NCBI GenBank assembly: GCA_038883775.1
Contig: JAVZLM010000006.1
Coordinates: 1-64,000, forward strand
Reading direction: 5' to 3'
Origin: Candidatus Bathyarchaeia archaeon
GTDB taxonomy: Archaea; Thermoproteota; Bathyarchaeia; Bathyarchaeales; Bathycorpusculaceae
Length of the DNA stretch: 64,000 nt
The position numbers and the translations under genes were made by a program. This document shows, piece after piece, positions 9,552 to 18,444 of the stretch (its first letter is position 1; every line of letters starts with the position of its first letter). The notes below the pieces were generated by a model. The model was not told the DNA's origin. It saw only the letters and a list, made by a program, of their open reading frames with translations, and did no database searches.

Positions 9552-10511
9552 TTGCCAACTAAAAACGTGTTGATTCTAGCTGGTGGCGGAGGACACACAG
9601 GATATGGATATGCCTTAGCACAGAGACTTTATGGTAAGGTCAAGCTGCATTTTCTTGTTCCAAAAGGGGATACTCTCAGTCATGAAAGGCTGAGCAAGTT
9701 TGGCGCCGTCGATTTTCTTTTGAAGCCGAGAGAGGCAAAAACGCCCTTGAGTGAGTTTATTCCGAAACTTGCAAAGGCTTCCATTGGATCTTTTAGGCAA
9801 GTTTCCAGCGACTTAGATGTTGTTGTAAGCACTGGTAGTAACTTTTGTATACCGCCGAGTTTTTTTGCTTGGCTGAAAGGTATACCTTTAGTTAATATTG
9901 AAAGTTCTGTGCGTTTTACTAGAGCCTCAAAAACTGCGCTTTTATTACAGCCTTTCTCGGCTATAACTGCTTTACAGTGGGAGGAACAGAAAAAACTGTT
10001 AAAAAAGGGGGTGGTTGTTGGACCATTATTTCCTAAACCCGAAGTTGAGCCCTGGAATGGCGGTTATGTGCTTGTGACAGGAGGCACTTTGGGACATAAG
10101 CAACTTTTTGATGCAATTTCAGAGAGCGATTTAGAAAATGTGGTTTTGCAGGTTGGGCTTGTTAATCCAGAGCCTTATAAGAAAAGGCATCCTGAATGGA
10201 AGATTATACGTTTTTCCAACAGATTTTATGAACTTGTGGCTGGCGCTGAGCTTGTTATTACACATTTCGGTTCTACAGCGCTTGAGGCTGTGGTTTATAA
10301 GAAGCCGATGGTGATGGTTCTAAATCCGGAATGGAAAAGAACTGTGGGCAAGTCGGATGCTGAAATTTTTGCGGAAAAGGTTAACGCAATTTTCGTCTGG
10401 GATGTAAAATTAGATAATTTGTTGAGGGCTATTGAAGAAGCAAAGGCGAGAAGTCTTCCGACGTTTGCAGATGGCGCTGAGAAACTCGCTGAGGCAATTT
10501 TGAGGTTTTAA
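9552..10511 (+). CDS. MurG/Alg14-Alg13-like GT-B glycosyltransferase (Agl24-like)
   Basis: AGGGGHTG, VVSTGS, VNIES, LVTGGTLG, VITHFG. Confidence 0.78.
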   Translation: MPTKNVLILAGGGGHTGYGYALAQRLYGKVKLHFLVPKGDTLSHERLSKFGAVDFLLKPREAKTPLSEFIPKLAKASIGSFRQVSSDLDVVVSTGSNFCIPPSFFAWLKGIPLVNIESSVRFTRASKTALLLQPFSAITALQWEEQKKLLKKGVVVGPLFPKPEVEPWNGGYVLVTGGTLGHKQLFDAISESDLENVVLQVGLVNPEPYKKRHPEWKIIRFSNRFYELVAGAELVITHFGSTALEAVVYKKPMVMVLNPEWKRTVGKSDAEIFAEKVNAIFVWDVKLDNLLRAIEEAKARSLPTFADGAEKLAEAILRF

Positions 10512-10528
10512 GAGATGGAGGTTTTTTA

Positions 10529-11575
10529 TTGAATGTTGTTTATGTGGCTTTGGATCCTCTAAAGTATCCTCGGATAAGAAAAATTGGCTACAGTATTAAA
10601 AAGTGTAGGAATGTAGAATTTAGTGTAATGATTCCTCGATTTAGGTTTGTTTATCGTGGGAACAGGCTTGGACGTTTGTTGTTTGCTTTTTTAAATTATT
10701 TTGCTGTGATTTCACAAATCTTTTTTGTCCGGGCTGATTTATTTTGGGTTGCTAATTGTCCTGATGTTTTGGTGTTCCCTCTGATTCTGAGGCGAAAACG
10801 TTACATTTTGGAGTATCGTTCCCCATGGGCTATAGAGGTGGAACAGGAGTTTGGAAGTGGACCTTGGGTTCGTTTTGCATCCATTTTTGAAATTTTGGCT
10901 TTAAAACATGCTTGGATTATTACTTTAACCACGAGCAGGCTTTTAGAACGCGTTAAGCGTTATGGAAAACCGATTTTTGTTATTCCTAATTATCCGCTGG
11001 AAAGTTTCGGGAAAAACATAATTCCGAGGGAAGAACTTAGGAGACGTTATGGATACAGCATGGATGATAAAGTTGTTTTGTTTGTAGGAAAGTTAACACA
11101 TGTGGAAGGCGCGGATTTACTGCCAAAAATTGCGGAAAAAGTGTTTAAGGAAGACGCATCAGTGATATTTTGGATTGTGGGAGACGGACCTTTTTATGAA
11201 ACGTTAAAGGCTTTTGAAGAGAAATATCCTAAACGGGTTAAATTGTTTGGTTGGCAGCCTCATGTGAATATCCCGAGTTTTATTGAGGCGTCGGATGTTT
11301 GCATTGCGCCTAGGCATAAGTCTCCTTTTTCGACTTTTTATAACGAGGAAGGTGTTAGCAAGTTTTCTGAGTATATGTTTTTTGAGAAGCCGATTGTTGC
11401 TTGCGGGGTTGCCGGATCCTCTGAATATTTGTTGGTTGATGAAGATGAAATGGCTGATGAGATTCTAAGGGCTTTACGTGGAGAGGTTTCAAAATCAAAT
11501 CGTAAGACGTGGGAGGAATTTTCAGAAAAGAAAATCGTTGAATTGTTTAGTAGGATTAGCTCTGAGAAAATTTGA
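10529..11575 (+). CDS. Glycosyltransferase family 4
   Basis: VLFVGKL, IVGDGP, SKFSEYM...KPIVA. Confidence 0.85.
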   Translation: MNVVYVALDPLKYPRIRKIGYSIKKCRNVEFSVMIPRFRFVYRGNRLGRLLFAFLNYFAVISQIFFVRADLFWVANCPDVLVFPLILRRKRYILEYRSPWAIEVEQEFGSGPWVRFASIFEILALKHAWIITLTTSRLLERVKRYGKPIFVIPNYPLESFGKNIIPREELRRRYGYSMDDKVVLFVGKLTHVEGADLLPKIAEKVFKEDASVIFWIVGDGPFYETLKAFEEKYPKRVKLFGWQPHVNIPSFIEASDVCIAPRHKSPFSTFYNEEGVSKFSEYMFFEKPIVACGVAGSSEYLLVDEDEMADEILRALRGEVSKSNRKTWEEFSEKKIVELFSRISSEKI

Positions 11576-12662
11576 TTGCTTCTATTATTTTTTGTGAGGC
11601 TTTTCCGTTTCCGAAGGGGTTTGGCAGTTTTTTAAGCTTCTCTGTGAGTTCTTTCTCTTTCCTTAGTATTTCGGCTGCTGTTTTTGTTATTTTTTGTGTG
11701 TTAGCTCCTGTCAGATGGTTGGCTCCTAGTTTTACTGTTTCTGGCCATTCTGTTGTTTCGCGTAGTGTTATGCATGGTGTTTTTAGCCAGAAAGCTTCTT
11801 TCTGCATTCCGCCTGAGTCTGTTAGGATTAGCGTTGCGTTTTTTGTCAGTTTTATTGTTTCATGGTAGCCTACTGGTTTGATGAGCCTAATGTGTTTTTG
11901 TTTTTCCAGTTTTTTGAGCAGCCTTGTTTTGCGGAGTTGTTTTTGGGTTCTTGGGTGGGCTGGGAAAATTATGGTTAGTTGGTTTAGCCTTATTATGGCT
12001 TCTGTTATGTTTTTTAGGTTTTCTGGGTTGTCTACGTTTTCTGGTCTGTGAGTGGTTAATAGCGCGTAGGTTTTTGGTTCTAGGCCTAATTGTTCTAGGA
12101 TTGGGTTTTTTTCTGCTTTTGGCAGTTGCTGGATTAGCACATCATACATGGTGTCACCAGTTTGGCTGATTTTGTTTTTGGCGATTCCTTCTTTTAGGAG
12201 GTTGCTTGTGCAGTTTTCTGTGGGTGTGAATAGAAGCGTTGAGCAGTGGTCTGTTAGGCGTCTGTTTATTTCCTCCGGCATGCGTATATCGTAGCTTCTG
12301 GCGCCTGCTTCTATGTGGGCTACTGGGATGTGCAGTTTCGCTGCGGTTAAGGCTCCGGCTAATGTGGAGTTTGTGTCGCCTGGAACAATAACCAAATCTG
12401 GCTTTTGCTTTTGCAAAATTCTTTCTAGGCGGAGCATTATTTTCGCTGTTTGCTGGGCGTGGGTTCCACTTCCAACATTCAAGTTTACTATAGGGTCTGG
12501 AAGGTTTAGTTCTTCGAAGAAGATTTTTGTCATTTCATAATCGTAATGCTGACCAGTGTGAATCACGCTTAAGCTGGTTTGTTCGTCTTTGCTTGCTAAA
12601 TGAATAAAGGGTGCAGATTTGATGATTTGGGGGCGGGCGCCTAAAACGAGTGTGATGTTCAA
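11556..12662 (-). CDS. wecB: UDP-N-acetylglucosamine 2-epimerase (non-hydrolysing)
   Basis: GARPQIIK, HTGQHYD, GDTNSTLAG, HIEAG, PEEINR, TDSGGMQKEA. Confidence 0.95.
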   Translation of the reverse strand: MNITLVLGARPQIIKSAPFIHLASKDEQTSLSVIHTGQHYDYEMTKIFFEELNLPDPIVNLNVGSGTHAQQTAKIMLRLERILQKQKPDLVIVPGDTNSTLAGALTAAKLHIPVAHIEAGARSYDIRMPEEINRRLTDHCSTLLFTPTENCTSNLLKEGIAKNKISQTGDTMYDVLIQQLPKAEKNPILEQLGLEPKTYALLTTHRPENVDNPENLKNITEAIIRLNQLTIIFPAHPRTQKQLRKTRLLKKLEKQKHIRLIKPVGYHETIKLTKNATLILTDSGGMQKEAFWLKTPCITLRETTEWPETVKLGANHLTGANTQKITKTAAEILRKEKELTEKLKKLPNPFGNGKASQKIIEAIKFSQS

Positions 12663-12749
12663 ATGTGTTTCACCGGCATTTAATTGGATGCTTGTCTTAA
12701 ATAACAGTTATTTATCGAACATGCCTTTTACTTTGAGCTGGTAAAGGCT

Positions 12750-13769
12750 ATGTGTCCCAGTGGGAGGGCGAAGATTAGAATTTTGTTTGTTTATTATCAG
12801 TTGTCTAGTTTTGTTCGCTGCGATTTAGAAATTCTTAAGAGACATTTTGACGTTAAAGAATTGAGGATACCAACCTTTAGAAATCCTTTAAATATACTTA
12901 AACTGCTTTTATGGATTGCGCGCGTTGACTTAGTTTACACATGGTTTGCGGGCACAAACGCCTTTTTTGCGGTGTCATTTTCCAAACTTTTAGGGAAAAA
13001 ATCGCTGGTAATCGTAGGGGGCTATGATGCGGCTTATGTTCCAGAAATTAACTATGGCATCTTCACTAACCGCTGGCGTAAAGTATTGGCTAAATTTGTT
13101 TACAGGCATGTTAACATCGTTTTGGTTGTTGATAAGTCTTTAAAGGAGGATATTTTGAGAAACACACAATTAAAAATTGCAGATAAAATCAAGGTTGTAC
13201 CGACCAGTTACGATGCCAATAAATGGAAACTTGGCATTTGCGGTAAAGAAAATTTAGTTGTCACCGTTGGCGCTATTAATTGGTCAAATGTAAAAAGGAA
13301 GGGGTTTGAAACATTTGTAAGAGCTGCTAAATACCTTCCCGATATAAAATTTGTTTTAATCGGAAAACATTCAGATGCCTCTATATCTTATTTGAAGTCG
13401 AAGGCACCCTCCAACGTCGAGTTTCCGGGTTTTGTGTCCGAAAAAACTCTCTTAAGTTTTTATCAAAAGGCTAAGGTTTATTGCCAATTATCTAGATATG
13501 AAGGTCTTCCGAACGCTCTGTGCGAAGCAATGCTGTGCGAATGTGTACCCGTTGGGACGAAATATTGTGGGATACCTAATGCCATAGGGGACACAGGCTA
13601 TTATGTCTCTTATGGCGATGCAAAGGCTACTGCAGAAGCAATAAGGGAGGCGTTAAATTGCGTTCATGAAAAAGGGAAAGCAGCAAGAGTAAGAATCGAA
13701 AAATTATTTTCTTTACATAAGCGAGAAAGTGAATTAGTAAGACATATTCATAATTTTATAAAATTGTAA
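12750..13769 (+). CDS. Glycosyltransferase family 4
   Basis: KRKG and SRYEGLPNALCEAMLC (EX7E) motifs. Confidence 0.88.
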   Translation: MCPSGRAKIRILFVYYQLSSFVRCDLEILKRHFDVKELRIPTFRNPLNILKLLLWIARVDLVYTWFAGTNAFFAVSFSKLLGKKSLVIVGGYDAAYVPEINYGIFTNRWRKVLAKFVYRHVNIVLVVDKSLKEDILRNTQLKIADKIKVVPTSYDANKWKLGICGKENLVVTVGAINWSNVKRKGFETFVRAAKYLPDIKFVLIGKHSDASISYLKSKAPSNVEFPGFVSEKTLLSFYQKAKVYCQLSRYEGLPNALCEAMLCECVPVGTKYCGIPNAIGDTGYYVSYGDAKATAEAIREALNCVHEKGKAARVRIEKLFSLHKRESELVRHIHNFIKL

Positions 13770-14056
13770 AATTGTTATGATTAGGAAACGTTCTAATTTC
13801 AAGTCTTTGGTCGAGATGCTATCAACCAGCATTGCTGGTAGGCAAATAAATTTCCAAGCATTCGACTATAATTCCGTTATCTATTTGTTGTTTTGAAACC
13901 AATAACCCATAAGAGATAACATAGCTTGTTTGATTATATATTTGTCTTTAATCGTCACTTTCTCTCTTTAGCATCTTTTCTCGTAAAGTTTAAATTTCAA
14001 TCAACCATCGGGTCTCATAAAGTAGTATATTAAAAGCAAAACGACAATTCTGCTCG

Positions 14057-15889
14057 TTATCTTCCAAAAAAGTTTTGAAGGAGCAGCTCTAAGGTCATTA
14101 AAAAGGCAATTTTTTCTCCGTTATTTCCTCGCCTTTTAAAATGCTCGTTTACAATTTTGGTAACGTAATTCTTGTTCAAGTAGCCGAACTTATATATTAA
14201 AGCGTTTTCATTCACCAAAGTTTCTTTGAGTAATTTCATCCATTTAGAATGCCGGCGCAAGATCTCATTAAATTCAAAATAGGAATGCTTATACCTGAAA
14301 GTGCCTCTTGAAAGCCTCTGTACTGCTCCAAGAACCAATGTTGATGGACGCCACAATTGTGATGGCATAATTGGAGGCACCAGTGTTCTTTGATAAGGCA
14401 CCTTGGCTAGCTCAAAATTTAGAGCAAACAAAAACTTTCTGTATATGCGATAATTAAACCGCAGTTCAGGAGGGATACGGCATATAACCTCAATAACCTC
14501 ATTATCTATCGTTGGAAGCATTTCTTCAACAAATTCTCTCAGAGGAATAGAGCCCATTAAAGTATAACGCCGCTGCCGCGTGGTTATATTAAAGTAGTCT
14601 GCTCTATTTGGGAAACTGTCTCCCTTGGTTTCATGGGCTAATTTGGCAAATTCTTTTCGAACCTGAACTATGTATTCATGAAATTTCTCGTTTAAAAGCT
14701 GTTTTAATTCATAAGGCTGGAATAGTGTATACTTTTTCTCTAAAGCCTGCAGAAGCTCGTTAAAACTTTTAGCTTTAAAAAATTCTCTGGATAGAAAACT
14801 CCCACCTAGCAATACATCAAATATGAAACCCTGCAAACAATATTTAATTTCTTTTTCCCTCATCTTCTCAGCCACATACGGAATATAGCTAACGCCCACC
14901 GTATGTTGTCCATCTGTCAAAGACACAACATCATCAGAATAAGCAACTATTTTATCGGGGTCGTAATTGATTATAAAATGATTTGCGCCTAATCTCTTAG
15001 TAACTTTTTTGGCAACGGTTATATCATCGCAGCCCATAATGCCAAAAGTTACAGCCGTAACCTTGCAGTTTTCTTTAATAGCACTAAGCACACATCTGGA
15101 GTCTAAACCACCACTAAGCCATACAGAAACACCATTTATGCCTTTAACTCTAATGTTCACAGCTTTTTTAAAAGCCTTAACAAGAGTCTTTACTAGTTCG
15201 TCCTCATTCACTGGCTGGGCAGAATAAATGAGGTCCCAGTACTTCTCCCAAGTGTAACCTTTTTCTGTGAATGTCAGCACGGATGCTGAAGGCATAAGAT
15301 TTATTCCTTCAAACCAAGTTTCGTCACCTAAAATACCCACCCTTCCATAATACAAAAACTTGACAAGCGTCTTAAGATTAAGTTTCCTCGGAAAAGGATA
15401 TTCTAAAATAGCCCTACAATGAGATGAAAAAATTAGGTCGCCATCACTAAAAGCATAATAAATAGGCCTCGTACCAAAACGATCTGTCACTAAAAGCACA
15501 CTTGGAACTTTGATATCAGAAATAACTAGGCAAAAGGAACCATTCAAATCACAAAAGATACTGTTACCCCACTCTTTATACGCATACAATATAAATTCTG
15601 CGCTACTGCCCTCATCTTTGAACCTATAACCCTTACTCTTAAGAAGTCCTAACTTATGCCTAAACCCAAAAATCTTGCCATAAATGATAACATCAACTGA
15701 CCTATCCTCATCAACTGCATGTTCACCGAAACCAAGATCAGGATACATAACCAAGGCAATATCGAGATAATCATGCGAAAAAAAGTCAATCCTTTGATCA
15801 CCATTCGTTCTTATAGCATTAGCCATTCGCTGAATCCGAGTTTTCGAAAGAGAATTCTTAAATTTAGTATAACCAACTATTCCAACCAT
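14057..15889 (-). CDS. Asparagine-synthase-like amidotransferase (glycan amidation)
   Basis: DRFGTRPIYY, LSGGLDSR PP-loop; N-terminus MVGIVG lacks the usual Cys2. Confidence 0.82.
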   Translation of the reverse strand: MVGIVGYTKFKNSLSKTRIQRMANAIRTNGDQRIDFFSHDYLDIALVMYPDLGFGEHAVDEDRSVDVIIYGKIFGFRHKLGLLKSKGYRFKDEGSSAEFILYAYKEWGNSIFCDLNGSFCLVISDIKVPSVLLVTDRFGTRPIYYAFSDGDLIFSSHCRAILEYPFPRKLNLKTLVKFLYYGRVGILGDETWFEGINLMPSASVLTFTEKGYTWEKYWDLIYSAQPVNEDELVKTLVKAFKKAVNIRVKGINGVSVWLSGGLDSRCVLSAIKENCKVTAVTFGIMGCDDITVAKKVTKRLGANHFIINYDPDKIVAYSDDVVSLTDGQHTVGVSYIPYVAEKMREKEIKYCLQGFIFDVLLGGSFLSREFFKAKSFNELLQALEKKYTLFQPYELKQLLNEKFHEYIVQVRKEFAKLAHETKGDSFPNRADYFNITTRQRRYTLMGSIPLREFVEEMLPTIDNEVIEVICRIPPELRFNYRIYRKFLFALNFELAKVPYQRTLVPPIMPSQLWRPSTLVLGAVQRLSRGTFRYKHSYFEFNEILRRHSKWMKLLKETLVNENALIYKFGYLNKNYVTKIVNEHFKRRGNNGEKIAFLMTLELLLQNFFGR

Positions 15890-15947
15890 TTTAATGCGCC
15901 TAAAGAATTTTTATTACATGATTTTTCGCTCATACTAAACATTGCAA

Positions 15948-16811
15948 CTATATATGTCCAGTAGTCATGTTTAACTCCCTTTGCAATGATTTCACTCGCT
16001 TCATAACTGTCTCAGCTTCTTTGTAGATGTGCTTATCTTTAATTTCTTCTTTTCTCTTCTCGTTGGATTCTAAGATAAGCCTCAAAAAATCAGAGTCATA
16101 ACTCTTCAAAAGCAACTCAACATTGGGGATTATACAATGTCCGCCAATAACGCCTGGAAACATCACTGGTCTATCAAGCCTAACCCTATGCGTATCCTCA
16201 ATAAAATCCACAACTCCATCAAAATCCGCCCCCAAACTCCTACTAATCCTATGCATTTCCTGAAAACAAACAATCATCCAAGCCCTATAAGTAGTCTCAA
16301 AAAGCTTAGCCAACTCCGTCTCCAAACAACCCCTCAAAACCTTAGTTTTCAAACCAGCCTTTTCAAAATGCTTTCGAGCAGCTTCCGCCGCCTCCCTATT
16401 CACGCCACCCACATATTTTGTCCAACGCTTCAACTCCCATTTCATATGCTCCAAACTCTTATGCACCCCACGAACAGGCGAATGCGCCACAAGGCAACGG
16501 CCGCCACAACGCTCAAACAAAGCCATAGTCGTTCCCGGCGAAACAGTACTATCAACAATCACAAGTTTAGGCTCAAAACGTTTAACATAACCCACAACAT
16601 TCTCAACAAACTCTTCCTTACCAACGCACGGAATACAAACATGCATAACATCAACTTCACTAGGCAAAACACCCGTTTGCCCAGCCCTCCGCATCTTATC
16701 AGCATCCAAATCAAAACCATAAACCTCAAACCTTCCACTCTCCCTCAACAACTCAAACAACGCACGCCCAACCTCACCCAAACCCACAACCAAAACTTTT
16801 TCCTTAACCAA
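15948..16811 (-). CDS. Short UDP-glucose/GDP-mannose dehydrogenase family protein
   Basis: GLGEVG, DSTVSPGT, HSPVRG, ETELAKL, GGHCI; start placed at TTG 16811 (ORF track extends to 16853). Confidence 0.8.
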   Translation of the reverse strand: MVKEKVLVVGLGEVGRALFELLRESGRFEVYGFDLDADKMRRAGQTGVLPSEVDVMHVCIPCVGKEEFVENVVGYVKRFEPKLVIVDSTVSPGTTMALFERCGGRCLVAHSPVRGVHKSLEHMKWELKRWTKYVGGVNREAAEAARKHFEKAGLKTKVLRGCLETELAKLFETTYRAWMIVCFQEMHRISRSLGADFDGVVDFIEDTHRVRLDRPVMFPGVIGGHCIIPNVELLLKSYDSDFLRLILESNEKRKEEIKDKHIYKEAETVMKRVKSLQRELNMTTGHI

Positions 16812-16899
16812 CCCTAAACCAACCCCCAAATAGAACAAAAAATAAACCACCAAACTATTTAAACTTCACACCCATAACTACAAAACCAGAGGAAAAACC

Positions 16900-17406
16900 A
16901 TGCCAAACCCGCAAACAGGTAAAGGCGTAATCATAGGCAAAAACGTCCAATTCGGCAAAAACGTCGTAATATGGAATTATGTAGTTATAGGCGACAACAC
17001 AAAAATAGGCGATGAAACCCGCATAGGAAGCTTCTGCGACATCGGCAAAAACGTTATCATAGGAAAAAACTGCATAATACAAGCGCACGTGACAATATCA
17101 AACGAATGCCAACTTGGCCACAACGTCTTCATAGGACCAAACAGCAGCTTACTAAACGACAAATTCCCCCACAGCAAATGCCTAACCCCATCAATAATAA
17201 AAGACAACGTAGTCATAGGCGGATGCGTAACAATACTCCCAAACGTCACAGTACACGAAAACTCAGTAATAGCCGCAGGAAGCGTAGTAACAAAAGACGT
17301 ACCACCCGAAACCGTAGTAAAAGGAATACCAGCCAAACCCATGATGACAAGACAAGAATACGAAACAAAAAGAAAAACATTCATTGAAACAAGAAAAACA
17401 ACCTAA
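16900..17406 (+). CDS. Hexapeptide-repeat (left-handed beta-helix) sugar N/O-acetyltransferase, WbpD-like
   Basis: IGxN hexapeptide repeats, VFIGPN...NDKFP, AGSVVTKDVP...GIPA. Confidence 0.9.
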   Translation: MPNPQTGKGVIIGKNVQFGKNVVIWNYVVIGDNTKIGDETRIGSFCDIGKNVIIGKNCIIQAHVTISNECQLGHNVFIGPNSSLLNDKFPHSKCLTPSIIKDNVVIGGCVTILPNVTVHENSVIAAGSVVTKDVPPETVVKGIPAKPMMTRQEYETKRKTFIETRKTT

Positions 17407-17410
17407 CATA

Positions 17411-18430
17411 TTAAACTCTAGGCTTGCCACTCCACCGCTCCGGAAACTTCAAAACCCACTCTATCTCCTCAGCCAACCCATCAGCAAAACTTGTACGAGG
17501 CATCCACCCCAAAACTTCTCTGGCCCTACGACAATCCAAAACAAAATTTTTTAGCTCCCCCTGAAGCCTTATACGTTCAGGTTGAAAACTCGAAGCCGTA
17601 CCCTCCTGCGGATTATCATAAATAACATCAAGCTTTGCGCCAGCCATTTCCACGAGCATAATTGCCAATTCTTTAATAGACACACCTTTTCCACTCCCCA
17701 AATTAAACACTTTACCAGAAGACTCAGGCTTTTCTACGGCCAAAACATGCGCTCTAACAATATCCTTTACATAAACAAAATCTCTAGTCTGCAAACCATC
17801 ACCAAACACCACAGGAGGCTTATTCTCAAGAAAAATCCTCTTAATAAACATCGTCAAAACACGTCCAAACCACTCTCTAGGCCCATACACAATACCATAC
17901 CTAAAAACCGTAGCATCCAAACCAAAAAGCTTGTGATACTGCATCACATAACGCTCAGCACAAAGCTTACTAACACCATAAGGCCAATGAGGCTCCAACG
18001 GATGCTCCTCATCTATAGGAAGATATCTAGCCTCTCCATAAACAGCCCCAGAAGAAGCAAACAAAACCTTTTCCACCTTATTTTTTAACGCCACATTCAA
18101 AACATTTAATGTTCCAAAAATGTTTATCCTAGCATCTTTTTCCGTATCCCTTATACCAGTATAAACTTCCAACTCCGCTGCAAGATGATCTATAACGTTT
18201 ATTCTTTCTTTTTGCACAACATTATTAAGCATAGCAACATCTAAAATGGAACCCTCAACAATTTTTAATCGCTCATCCTTTATTTCTTTCAGATTTTCAG
18301 CAGTCCCTGTAGAGAAATCATCATAAACGACAACCTTCTCCGCTTCATTCATTAAATATTCTTCAGTTAAATGTGAACCAATAAATCCCGCCCCACCAGT
18401 AATTAAAACATTTTTTCCTTGAACAACCAT
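17411..18430 (-). CDS. NAD-dependent nucleotide-sugar epimerase/dehydratase
   Basis: TGGAGFIGSH, SSGAVYG, YGVSK, QTRDFVYVKD. Confidence 0.92.
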   Translation of the reverse strand: MVVQGKNVLITGGAGFIGSHLTEEYLMNEAEKVVVYDDFSTGTAENLKEIKDERLKIVEGSILDVAMLNNVVQKERINVIDHLAAELEVYTGIRDTEKDARINIFGTLNVLNVALKNKVEKVLFASSGAVYGEARYLPIDEEHPLEPHWPYGVSKLCAERYVMQYHKLFGLDATVFRYGIVYGPREWFGRVLTMFIKRIFLENKPPVVFGDGLQTRDFVYVKDIVRAHVLAVEKPESSGKVFNLGSGKGVSIKELAIMLVEMAGAKLDVIYDNPQEGTASSFQPERIRLQGELKNFVLDCRRAREVLGWMPRTSFADGLAEEIEWVLKFPERWSGKPRV

Positions 18431-18444
18431 TTTATCTCACCAAG

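Noticed and set aside
16137-16817. 226-aa + strand ORF, and similar ORFs at 17106-17387 and 17582-18088
   Set aside because: Shadow ORFs over real genes; the A/C-rich strand is depleted of stop codons and the translations are low-complexity N/T/Q/P/K.
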